Positions 39,429-51,716 of a stretch of DNA of 64,000 bases are shown here, in pieces. Every line of letters starts with the position of its first letter. Position 1 is the first letter of the stretch. The translations under genes were made by a program, and so were the position numbers. The notes beneath the pieces are model-generated. The model was not told where the DNA came from. It did no database searches and saw only the letters and a list, made by a program, of their open reading frames with translations. The stretch comes from an uncultured Acidobacteriota bacterium (lineage in GTDB: Bacteria; Acidobacteriota; Vicinamibacteria; Fen-336). Location of the stretch: NCBI GenBank assembly GCA_963703985.1, contig CAVPGH010000001.1:474677-538676 (forward strand), read 5' to 3'.

Positions 39429-39781
39429 CTAGAGGAGGCCCGCTCCTGCTTCTCCTGGCAGGAGATGCAGTGCCGGGCCCACGGCACGGCTTCCAGGCGC
39501 TTCTTGTCCATCTCGTCCTCGCAGGAGACGCAGACCCCGAACCGCCGGTCCTCGATGCGCCCGAGCGCCTCGTCCACCAGCTGCAGGATGTCGCGCTCGG
39601 AGTTGGAGAGGCTGAACAGGAACTCCTTGGTGTAGGAGTTCGAGGCCTTGTCGGCGATGTCCTGGGCCCCATCCTCGTCGGCTTCCTTGCCGTAGGTCTT
39701 GTTCTTGTTGTAGGCCTCCAGGATCTCCTGCTTCTTCTGGAGCAGCCTCTCCCGGAAGCCCTTCGTCTTCTTCTGTTCCAT
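39429..39781 (-). CDS. dksA: DksA/TraR-family C4 zinc-finger protein (end approximate)
   Basis: Coiled-coil tip DIADKA (DxxDxA); CVSC...KRLEAVPWARHCISC. Confidence 0.85.
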
Positions 39782-39826
39782 GCTCGTCGTCCCTTCGCCC
39801 TGGGGGCTCCTGCGGAGCCATGTTCT

Positions 39827-40775
<949 letters not shown>

Positions 40776-40779
<4 letters not shown>

Positions 40780-41120
40780 CCCGCGATCTCCACGCGCGTG
40801 GCCCCGCCCCAGAGCCGCTCCAGGTCGTAGAAGCTCCGCGTGCGCGGAGTGAAGACGTGGACCACGAAGGAGGCGTAGTCGAGCAGGATCCACTCCTGGC
40901 GCGGATAGCCCTCCACGTGGTCGGGGCGGCGGCCGGCGGCCCTGAGCGAGTCGAGCACGGCGTCGGCGATCGCCACGCAGCTGCTTCTGGTTCGTCCCGG
41001 ACACGAGCAGGAAGTAGTCGGTGAAGGCGGCGGCCCGGCGGAGGTCCAGGACCACCACGTCCTCGGCCTTCTTGTCGAGGGCGGCCTTCACCGCCGCTGC
41101 AGCGCGGGCTCGACGTTCAC
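40776..41120 (-). CDS. rsfS: Ribosome silencing factor (indel)
   Basis: [28 protein letters not shown]...WILLDY..FVVHVF...[11 protein letters not shown]. Confidence 0.93.
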
Positions 41121-41724
41121 TCGTCCCCCCTGGCGGAGGCAGAGGGAGACGGTAGAGCCCCCGCTTCGCGATGTACTCGGCCACCGCGTCCGGCACCAGG
41201 TAGCGCACGCTCTGCCCGCGGCGCACCCGTTCGCGCACGCCGGTGGCGGAGACGTCGAGGCCGGGGCCGGGGACCCGGTGGACGCCCCGCGCCCCCGGAG
41301 GCAGCGCGGGGGGCGGACCGGCGGCTCGCCGGTCGCTCCACCACCGCGACCTCGGCGAGGGCGAAGAGGCGGGCGGGGTCGCGCCAGGTCGGCATCTCCG
41401 GGAAGGTGTCGCTGCCCACGATGACGGTGAAGAGCGTCGGCGGGCTCCTCGGCAAGGAGGGCCGCCACCGTGTCCACCGTGTAGCTCGGCCCTTCGCGGC
41501 GGAGCTCGATGTCCGAGGGGATGAAATGCGGGATGCCCGGCGGTGGCCAGGCAGACCATCGCGTAGCGATCGAGAGCGGCGGAGAGCGGAGCCTCGCCGG
41601 TGGGGCGGCACCCCCGCGGGGACGAAGACCACCCGGTCGAGGCCGAGCGCCTCCCGCGCGCTCTCCGCGGCGCGCAGGTGCCCGAGGTGGATGGGGTCGA
41701 AGGTTCCGCCCATGAGGCCCATCC

Positions 41725-41728
<4 letters not shown>
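41117..41728 (-). CDS. nadD: Nicotinate-nucleotide adenylyltransferase (indels)
   Basis: [47 protein letters not shown]. Confidence 0.93.
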
Positions 41729-42770
<1,042 letters not shown>

Positions 42771-42785
42771 TCAGCCCTACGCCCT

Positions 42786-43046
42786 CTAGCTCGCGGCGGG
42801 GAGCACGCTCACGCGGAGGCCGCGCGAGCCGTGGTCCTCGAAGCGGACGAAGCCGTCGGCGAGCGCGAAGAGCGTGTGGTCCTTGCCCAGGCCCACGTTC
42901 TTGCCCGGCTTCCACTTGGTGCCGTGCTGCCGCAGGATGATGGTCCCGCCCGTGACCTGCTGGCCGCCGAAGCGCTTCACGCCCAGCCGCTGGGAGTTGC
43001 TGTCCCGGCCGTTGCGGCTCGATCCCTGACCCTTCTTGTGCGCCAT
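42786..43046 (-). CDS. rpmA: 50S ribosomal protein L27
   Basis: [24 protein letters not shown]. Confidence 0.99.
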   Translation of the reverse strand: MAHKKGQGSSRNGRDSNSQRLGVKRFGGQQVTGGTIILRQHGTKWKPGKNVGLGKDHTLFALADGFVRFEDHGSRGLRVSVLPAAS

Positions 43047-43121
43047 CTCTAAACTTGCCTCACTCGAACGACGGACACGGCCGAAGGGGCGCGCGGGCGA
43101 ATTCGTCCGCGCGACACGCGA

Positions 43122-43434
43122 TCAGGCCAGTACCTCGTCGATCCGCAGCGCCGTGTAGGACTGCCGGTGACCCCGGGTCCGCCGATAGTGCTTTCGCTTC
43201 TTGTACTTGAAGACCCGGATCTTCGCTCCGCGGCCCTGCTCGACGACCGTTCCCACGACGGAGGCGCTCGTCCACCCGAGGCGATCCCACCTGGATGCCG
43301 GCGTCTCCGCCGACGAGGAGGACCTCGCCCAGCGTCACCGTCTCGCCGACCGGCGCCTTCGAGGCGCTCCACGCGGACCACGTCCCCTGCTCCACCCGGT
43401 ACTGCTTGCCGCCCGTCTTGACGATCGCGTACAC
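43122..43434 (-). CDS. rplU: 50S ribosomal protein L21 (indels)
   Basis: MYAIVKTGGKQYRV...IRVFKYKKRKHYRRTRGHRQSYT. Confidence 0.97.
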
Positions 43435-43470
43435 GGTGCCCGCCTCCCGCGGAGACCCGCGAAACTCCAG

Positions 43471-43500
43471 ACGTTAGCACACGGGCGGTCGCGACGTCAA
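43471..43500 (-). promoter_or_regulatory. Putative sigma70 promoter of rplU-rpmA-obgE-nadD-rsfS and downstream genes
   Basis: Minus strand TTGACG-18 nt-TAACGT with TG at the extended -10 position. Confidence 0.6.
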
Positions 43501-43617
43501 ACGCGGGCGGGCACGTGGAGACTGAGCCTACGGAGTTACGAGCGGGTCTGGGCGAGGATCGAATCGCGCGTTGCTCCCCCAGGTACGCTACGGCGATTCG
43601 AATACCTCGGGTGCGAT

Positions 43618-43635
43618 CCCTGGCTTCAGCCAGGG
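43618..43635. terminator. GC hairpin just downstream of the Omp85-like gene (possible terminator)
   Basis: CCCTGGC-TTCA-GCCAGGG 7-bp stem about 15 nt after the stop; no clear U tract. Confidence 0.35.
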
Positions 43636-43649
43636 CAAGCAGCTCCAGC

Positions 43650-46646
43650 CTAAAAGTCGAAGCCGATCCAGAAGTCGAACTGCCAGCGCCGACGAGACGA
43701 CCTTGAGGTCGGTGCAGCTTCGTCCAGTCGAAGTGGAGCGGGTAGCCCAGGAAGAAGACCTGCAGGCCGACGCCGAAGGACGCGCGCCCGTCCACGAGGT
43801 GGAAGCCGGAGACCGGCTCTCCGAAGATCGGCGTCCTTCACGTAGGAGATGCCGGGATCGCTCGTGGCGAACTGGTAGTGCTGGCCTCCGTAGCTGGCGC
43901 CGCCGATGCCGAAATAGAGCCGTCCCCCGCACGGGCCCCAGGATCCCGATGGGCGTCGCCGCGACGTTGATGAGGGGAAGCCGCAGCTCGAGGTTGGCGA
44001 AGAAGCCCTGCGTTCCCGACGAAGCGAGAGGTAGGGATAGCCCCGCAGCTCCTGTTGCCGCCGAAGTAGAAGATGTCCGGGTTGTCGCCGCCCGAGTAGA
44101 AGCCCGCGCACGCAGGGCGAAGAGCGGTGCTGGTCGACCCGAGGCGCAGGTACTTGCGGAAGTCCCCGTCGAACGTGTGGCGGGAGAGGGTGCTCGCCGA
44201 TGCTCGGGTGACACCTCGAAGCCGACGAGAAGGTGCTCCCGGAGAGGGGGCCGAACTCGCGCGAAGCGGGTGGTCTCCTGGACGAGGGCCACGACGAAGG
44301 GGACGAGGGTGCCGTTGTTCAGGTAGCAGCTCAGGCCCTGCGCCGCGGCCTGCGCGCAGACGACGGCCTGGGCTTCCGGGTTCTCGTAGCTCTCGCTGCA
44401 GGCGCACGACCCCCGCCGAGAAGTCGATCCGCCGGAACTTGTCGAGCGGGTACTGCCGCGACGAGCTGGCCTCCCGTGTACCGCTGGGTGGCGAGCGCGC
44501 CCTCGCGGAACGCGAAGCCGTCTGCCAGGCCGTAGGGATCGGCGTAGAAGAAGCGCGTGTAGTCGAAGCCGGTGATCCCGTAGTGGAGGCGCCTGCGAAG
44601 GTTGATGTAGGTCCCCTCGTAGGTCCGGAACTCCCGCACGGAGAGGACGGTGAACGTGAAGTTCTGGTCGCCCAGCACGTCGGTGAGGGCCACCTGGGTG
44701 CCGCCGAAGAAATCGCCGCTCGAGGTGACGCCCACGTTGAGGGGCGGACGGCCCTCGAGGTACAGCTTCTCGAAGAGCTTCTTGCGGCGCTTGTTCTCCG
44801 GGATGACCTGGTGGGTCACGTCGGGCTGGAAGTCCACGAGGCCCTCGGCGGCGGCCTGCACCTCCTGCTCGACCTCCTTCAGCGGGCTCGTTCAGGTCCT
44901 TGGTGTGGAGCTGGTACTCGCCCTTGTAAGTAGGTGATGAAGGCCAGGCGGTCGCCGCCTCTGGCCCTTGAGCGGCGCGGGCGCCATGTTGCCGCCCAGC
45001 ACGTCGGTGTACTGCTGGATCACGCCCGTGCGCAGGTCCAGGCTCCGCAGGTTGGAGATGTCGTCGTCCTCGTTGGAGGAGTAGTAGATCCTCTTGCCGT
45101 CGGTGGAGAAGGAGGGGGCGGTCGTCGTTGAAGGCGCCGAAGGTGAGCTGGGTCTTGCGCGACGGGTCGGCGAGGGGGAACGAGTAGATCTTGTCGTGGC
45201 CGCTGATGCGCCGGGTGTAGACGACGAGCGTGCCGTCCGGGCGAGATCTGGGGATCGGTGTCCGCGTAGGGATCCTGGGTCAGGTTGCGGACGCGCCGCT
45301 CTCGAGGTCGAGCACGTAGATGTCCGCCGACGCCTTCCTTGAGCGCGGCGAAGAGCACGCCGCGCCCGTCGGGGAGCAGGCAGGGCGCCTGGGCCTGGTC
45401 GAGGGTGTCGATCCGGAAGCGCTCGGGATCTTGCCGCCCAGGACCGAGACCAGGAAGAGGCTCCGCCCCTTGCCCTTCCGGCCGAAGAAGGCCACGCGTG
45501 TCTCCGCGGGGATCGAAGCTGATCGAGCGCCCGGCCACGAAATTGCTCGTTGATGCGTCAGGTTCTCGTACTCGCTCCGCGACCCCTAGGTGAGGTTCTT
45601 GATCACGGAGCCGTCGCGGGCCGAGAGCAGCACGATGTCCGCCTCGCCCTCCGAGCGGTTCGCGGTCACGGCGGCCACCATCTCCCCCGAGGGGCTGGGG
45701 GCGAAGGCGAAGACCTGGGTGTAGGGCGTCTTCTCGGCGTTGGGCGAGAGGTTCTTGCCGTAGTCGCTGGGCCGCTGCTTGTCGCGGTAGGGCTTGAAGC
45801 GCTCCTTCAGCCACTTGTCGAAGGCCTCGTCGAACTCCTCGGGCTTGATCCGGAAGGCCTGCTGGTAGATGTCGTCGATGCGCGCCGCCCACGATGTTCT
45901 TGCGCAAGGTGTAGAGGAACTGGCGGATGCCCTCCTTGCCGTAGCGGGCCTCGATGAACTCGAAGGCGGCGTGGCCCAGGTTGTAGACGAGTCGCGCCGC
46001 TGAAGGCCTCGAACTCGACGCGCGAGAGCTTCGGCACCTGGTCCGTGACCGCGGCGTCGCGGATCATCATCAGGTCGAGGGGGTCCCACATGCCCGCGCA
46101 TGTAGTCGGCCAGGCCCTCGTCGATCCACAGCGGGATGTCGCGCTGGACGAGGGCTGCGGGGGATGAGGTCGAACTCGAAGACGTGGGTCAGCTCGTGCG
46201 GTGATCAGGCCCTGCAGCCGGTCCGGGGGCTCGTCGATGGGGAGGACCATGCGGCCGCGCAGCGGCTCCGCGAAGGCGAGCACCCCTTCGGGCACGAAGC
46301 TCGGGATAGAGGTTCGTCTGCTCGAACTCGGAGTGGGTCTTGTAGAGGATGAGCGGGGATGGGCTGCGACGATCTCGTGCTTGAGCCCGGAGGAGAGCTT
46401 CTGGTAGCCGCTCTCCAGCGTAGGACGACGAGGCGCGCGAGGTGCTGCTCGAACTCGGGGTAGTAGTAGATCTCGAAGTGCGGGCTCTTGTAGACCCGCC
46501 AGGCGAAGTTGTCGTACTTGACCTTGTTCTTCCCGAAGTAGGGGATGAACTGGGCCGTGGGCGGCGGAGCGCGGCAGAAGACGGCGGCGAGGAGGAACGC
46601 GATGCGGAGCCCTCGCGAGCGCGGGGCGCGAGCGGCGCGTGTTCAT
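43650..46646 (-). CDS. Omp85/BamA-superfamily outer-membrane protein with N-terminal MA-clan metallopeptidase and PD40/TolB-like beta-propeller domains (many indels)
   Basis: Stitched frames: FGKNKVKYDNF, HELTH (46184-46198), PLWIDEGLADY; propeller repeats (FAPSPSG, PQISPDG, PSFSTDG); barrel motif GGNRELRGY; C-terminal WIGFDF* with terminal Phe. Confidence 0.85.
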
Positions 46647-46654
46647 TGGGCTTC

Positions 46655-47410
46655 CTATTGCAGGAGGACGCGCGTCCCGCGGATCCTCTGGGGCGAGATC
46701 ACCCCCAGGAAGTTGGGCAGGAGCCGGTCCATGAGCTCGAAGTACGAGGAGAGCGGCGAGGTCTTCTGGTCCTCGCCGTAGAGGACCTCCTCGGTGAACT
46801 TCTCCTTGTGCAGGGTCTGCGCCGGTCCGGCCGTCGACGAAGTAGAAGTCGGCGGTCAGGCGTGAAGCCCTTGCGCTCCAGGTAGCGGTTGCCGCGCACG
46901 AGCTGCGGGCCGGTTGGTCCGCGGGTCGCGCACCACGCGCTCCTCGGCCTGGAAGCCGGAGCGGTTCTGCTCCTCGAAGCCCAGGCGGCCGGTGACGATG
47001 AGGGGCTACTGGTACTCCTCGCCCATCTTGCGCCAGAACTCGGCGTCCTGGAGCACCCGGTCGACCTCCAGCCGGTACTGCTCCCGCTCCTCCTTGCTGT
47101 ACTTGCCGCCCTCGCCCAGCTTGCCGAGGATCTTCTCGAGGGCGTCCTGGAGGGGCGGGCGGTCCGGCTCGAGGACCTGGAGCTCGGGCCGGCTGCGGAG
47201 CTGGTTCTGCAGCAGGCGCGAGGTCTCCGAGGAGAGGTCGACGTCGGACGTCCGCCAGGTCGGTGACGAAGCCGGCGACCAGGACGCGCCGGAAGGAGGA
47301 CACGTCGATCTTGCGACTGGAGCGGCGTCTCGACCGGCACCTCGACGAAGGAGGCGCAACCGGAGGCGAGCAGGGCCAGGAGGACGACGACCGGCGAGCC
47401 GGGCGTGAGA
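46655..47410 (-). CDS. Lipoprotein with CsgG/FlgO/LpoB/TolB-N-like alpha/beta pattern (start unresolved; indels)
   Basis: Lipobox LASGC; RRVLVAGF..., LIVTGRL..., ADFYFVDGRTG.TLHKE; ends GTRVLLQ* 8 nt before the Omp85 ATG. The fold call is by motif resemblance only. Confidence 0.6.
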
Positions 47411-47420
47411 GCGGGCCCGA

Positions 47421-47761
47421 CTAGGGCTTCTTCTTGGCTCTTGCGGTTTCGCTTGTCATCGGCTTCCCGGAACAGGTCGTAGTTCTGCTGGATGTAGACG
47501 TCGCCGGGCTTGAGCTTGAGGGCCTTCTCGTAGGCGCTCGCGGGCCTTGTCGAACTCGCCCTGCTGCTCGAGGGCGATGGCGAGGTTGTTCAGGGCCGAG
47601 GCGTTGTCGGGATCGAGCTCCACGGCCTTCTCGAAGCGGAAGCGCGCCTCCTGCCAGAGACCCTTCTGCGCGACGTCGATCCCGAACTTCACTTCGTCGC
47701 CGCTGCTCGTCGCCCCGGCGGGGGCGGGAGCGAGGAGGAGCCAGAGGAGCGGGAGGATCAC
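47421..47761 (-). CDS. Secreted small TPR protein (indel)
   Basis: Signal-like ILPLLWLLLAPAPAGA; FGIDVAQKGLWQEARFRFEKAVELDPDNASALNNLAIALEQQGEFDKA. Confidence 0.82.
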
Positions 47762-47821
47762 ACGCAGCGTCTCCTCTCCAAAGCGACGAGTCCCGATCTT
47801 AGCTCCGCCAGCCCGAGACAA

Positions 47822-47837
47822 AGCAAGGCAGGTGCCA
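47822..47837 (-). promoter_or_regulatory. sigma54 (-24/-12) promoter of the TPR-lipoprotein-Omp85 operon
   Basis: Minus strand TGGCAC-CTGCC-TTGCT is an exact consensus match, about 60 bp upstream of the TPR start. Confidence 0.8.
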
Positions 47838-47923
47838 CCGGCGGCGCGAGCCCCGCTCGGGCCAGGAGCAACGCTGGGCAGGGGTCCGGGGCGGGCCTGC
47901 CTCGAGGCGGCCCGGGCCGGGCC

Positions 47924-47966
47924 TGTCCCGCGCCAGGGACACTGTTGTGGCGCTCCGCGGACAGTG
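47924..47966. promoter_or_regulatory. Candidate upstream activator (enhancer) sites
   Basis: Perfect inverted repeats TGTCCC-N6-GGGACA (47924-47941) and CACTGT-N15-ACAGTG (47940-47966), about 90-130 bp upstream of the sigma54 -24 element. Confidence 0.45.
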
Positions 47967-47984
47967 CCTCCGGAGCATCGGACC

Positions 47985-48012
47985 TTGACAGGCCGGGGGT
48001 CGCCCATACAAT
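47985..48012 (+). promoter_or_regulatory. sigma70 promoter of dprA-topA-trmFO-xerC
   Basis: TTGACA-16 nt-TACAAT. Confidence 0.75.
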
Positions 48013-48014
48013 GC

Positions 48015-49131
48015 ATGCCGCGGGACCCAGGGAGTGGCGCGACTCGCTGGACGCGACGTTCGATCTGCTGACGCTGCTCCTCGCTCCCCGGGGTGGCGCC
48101 GCGCCACGTCCGCGAGCTGCGCGGCCCGCGGAGCGCTCGGCGAGATCGCTGGCTCATCCCGACGACCGACGCCGACCTCCTCCCCGCGGCCGCTCGCGAC
48201 GCGTCTCCGCTCGGGCGAGGCCCGCCGCCGGGCGGAGGCGGAGCTGGCCGAAGCCGCGTCCCTGGGCGTGCGCGATCGTGGGCCTGGACGAGCCGGACTA
48301 TCCCGCGCTCCTGCGCCAGGATCTACGATCCGCCGCCCGTGCTCTACGTCCGGGGCAACCCTCGGAGCCGGCGAAGGGCGCTCGAGCCGTCGCGATCGTG
48401 GGATCGCGCGGCGCTTCGCCGCAGGGCAGCGCCCTGGCCCGCGGCCTGGCGCCGCGACCTGGCCGCGCGCCGGGGCTCACGGTCGTCTCGGGCCTCGCCC
48501 GCGGCATCGACACCGCCGCCCACCGCGGCGCCCTCGAGGCCGCGGGCCGCACGGTGGCCGTCCTGGGCTCCGGCCTCGACCGCCTCTACCCGCGCGGAGA
48601 ACGCCCGGCTCGGCCGCGCGCGATCGCGCGAGCGGGGCGCGTCGTCTCGCGAGTTCCCGCTCGGCAACCGAGCCCTGCCCCGGGCACTTCCCGCGGCGCA
48701 ACCGCATCATCGCCGGCTGGGGCCGCGGCCGTCGTGGTCGTGGAAGCGGCCGAGCGGAGCGGCGCCCTCGTCACGGCGCGCGCTGCGCGCTCGACGAAGG
48801 GCGCGAGGTGATGGCGGTTCCCGGCCATCCCGCCGCAGCGCGACTCGCGGCGGGCACGAACGAGCTCATCCGCGACGGGGCCGTCCTCGTGCGCGACGCC
48901 GCGGACGTGGCCGCCGAGCTGGGTCGGCTCGGCGCCGCGTCCGCGCGGAGCAGCGCCAGCCGACGACGACGTGCTCGCCGGCCCTGCAGCGCGACGCGCC
49001 CGCGAGCCTGGAGGAGCTCCAGGCCCGCAGCGGCCGCGCGGTGCAGCGAGCTGCTCGCAGCGCCTCACCGACGCTGGAGATGGGCGACAAGGTCCGGCGC
49101 CTGCCCGGGCCCCTCTTCGTCGAGGAACTAG
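48015..49131 (+). CDS. dprA: DNA processing protein DprA (many indels; start approximate)
   Basis: [74 protein letters not shown]. Confidence 0.92.
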
Positions 49132-49142
49132 AAGAAGGACAG

Positions 49143-51646
49143 TTGGCAAAGAACCTCGTCATCGTCGAATCGCCCGCCAAGGCGAAGACGATCAACAAGT
49201 ACCTGGGCCGGGACTTCACGGTGAAGGCCTCCATGGGCCACGTCCGCGACCTGCCCGAAGAAGAAGCTGGGCGTCGACGTCGAAGCAAGGGCTTCGCCGC
49301 GGAGTACGAGGTCCTCCCCGCCACGCAAGAAGGTCGCTCGACGAGCTGAAGGCCGCGGCCAAGGACGCCGAGGCCATCTACCTCGCCGCCGACCCCGACC
49401 GCGAGGGCGAGGCCATCTGCTGGCACCTCGCCGAGGAGCTGGGCGGCCGGGCGCGCAAGAAGAAGGTCCGCCGCGTGGTCTTCAACGAGATCACGAAGCG
49501 CGCCATCGAGGAGGCGTTCGAGCACCCGGGCGACGTCGACGCGCAAGAAGGTCGACGCCCAGCAGGCGCGCCGCATCCTCGACCGCCTCGTCGGCTACAA
49601 GGTGAGCCCGCATCCTCTGGGACAAGGTGCGCCGCGGCCTCTCGCGCGGGCCGCGTGCAGTCCGTGGCCCTGCAGCTCATCTGCGACCGCGAGCGCGAGA
49701 TCCGCGCCTTCGTGCCCGAGGAGTACTGGACGGTCGCTCGCCCACCTCGCGGCCGGCGCAGCCGCCCGCCTTCCCGGCCAACCTGGTCAAGAGGGACGGC
49801 AAGAACGATCGAGATCGGCAACGCCGACGAGGCCGGCGCCGGTCCGCGCGGACCTCGAGGCCGCGGCCTTCCGCGTCGCCAGAAGGTCCAGGCCCGGGAG
49901 CGCCGGCGCAACCCGGTGCCCGCCCTTCATCACCTCGCAAGCTCCAGCAGGAGGCCTTCACGCAAGCTCGCGCTTCCCCGTGCAAGCAAGACGATGCAGG
50001 TGGCGCAGCGGCTCTACGAAGGCGTCGAGCTCGGCGACGACGGCAGCGTCGGCCTCATCACCTACATGCGCACCGACTCGACCCGCGTCTCCGACGACGC
50101 GCTCGCCGCGGTGCGCGGCCACATCGCGCCAGACCTACGGCGAGGACTACCTCCCCGAGAAGCCGAACTTCTACAAGAGCGAAGAAGGACGCCCAGGACG
50201 CGCACGAGGCGATCCGCCCGACCTACCTCGACCACGACCCCGAGTCGATCAAGCGCTACCTGTCCAAGGACGAGCTACGCGCTCTACAAGCTGATCTGGA
50301 ACCGCTTCGTGGCCTCGCAGATGCGGCCGGCGGTCTACGACGAGACCGTCGTCGACATCGAGGCCGGGGCCGCCTACCTGCTCCGCGCCAAGGGCTCGAT
50401 CCTGAAGTTCAAGGGCTTCCTCGCCGTCTACGAGGAGACCCCCGACGAGAAGCGTCGAGGAGAAGCCCACGGACGGAAGCCGGCGCCCGCAGGCCGGACG
50501 ACACGGCCCCCGAGGACGCGGCGCGACCCAGCTGCCGCCCCTCGCCGAGGGCGACGTCCTCACGCTCAAGAAGCTCGACACCGACCAGCACTTCACCCAG
50601 CCGCCGCCCCGCTTCACCGAGGCGAGCCTGGTGAAGGAGCTGGAGGAGAACGGCATCGGCCGGCCCTCCACCTACGCGTCGATCATCTCCACCATCGAGG
50701 CCCGCGAGTACATGGAGAAGCGCGAGGGCAAGCTCTATCCCGACCGAGCTCGGCTTCCTGGTCACCGACCTGCTGGTCGAGCACTTCCAGGACATCATGA
50801 ACGTCGAGTACACCGCGGCGCATGGAGGAGGAGCTCGACGAGATCGAGGAGGGCAAGGACAACCTCCTGAACACGCTGAACCAGTTCTGGAAGAAGTTCG
50901 AGAAGGACCTCGAAGCAAGCGCCAAGAAGGAGATGAAGGACGTCAAGGCCACGGAGGAGCCAGACCGACGAGGTCTGCGACAAGTGCGGCAAGCCGATGG
51001 TCATCAAGTGGGGCCGCTACGGCAAGTTCCTGGCCTGCTCCGGCTACCCCGAGTGCAAGAACACCCGCCAGCTCGCGGGCGGCGAGGGCGCGGGCAGCGC
51101 CGGAGGTCCACGAGGACGTGGCGCAAGGAGGTCTGCCCCAAGGACGGCCAGCCCATGGTGCTCAAGAAGGGGCGCTTCGGGCCCTTCCTCGCCTGCACCA
51201 ACTACCCGGAGTGCAAGGACCACGAAGCGGCTCGTGCGCGGCGAGGGCGGCAAGCTGCAGGTCGAGCAGCTCGCCCCCATCGACGAGAAGTGCCCGGAGT
51301 GCGGCAACGACCTCATGTGGCGCCGCGGGCCGCTTCGGGCCCTTCATCGCCTGCAGCAACTACCCGACCTGCAAGTACATCAAGAAGAAGGAGGCCCGCG
51401 AGATCGGCCTCCTCTGCCCCGACTGCGGCCAGGGCCAGGTCGTCGAGCGCAAGGGCCGCTGGGGCCGCTTCTTCTACGGCTGCCGGCGCTATCCCGAGTG
51501 CAAGTTCACCGCCTACCACAAGCCGATCGCCGAGCCCTGCCCGGACTGCGGCCGCCCCTACCTCCTGGAGAAGGAGACCAAGAAGGAGGGCAAGGTCGTC
51601 TTCTGCGGCAACGAGAGCCTGCCACTACAAGCGCGACGCGGCCTGA
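49143..51646 (+). CDS. topA: DNA topoisomerase I with C-terminal zinc ribbons (many indels)
   Basis: [62 protein letters not shown]; several C4 ribbons. Confidence 0.97.
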
Positions 51647-51716
51647 GGACCCCGACCCGACGCGGTGCCGACAGGGCTGCCGGCGCTGCCCGATCCCTCG
51701 TGATCGATCGTCGGCC

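Noticed and set aside
47340-47560. Apparent TPR-lipoprotein fusion
   Set aside because: As sequenced the TPR frame runs into the lipobox, but an internal signal peptide makes little sense and a one-base correction gives KSKKKP* at 47421. The region is indel-rich. The lipoprotein start remains unresolved.
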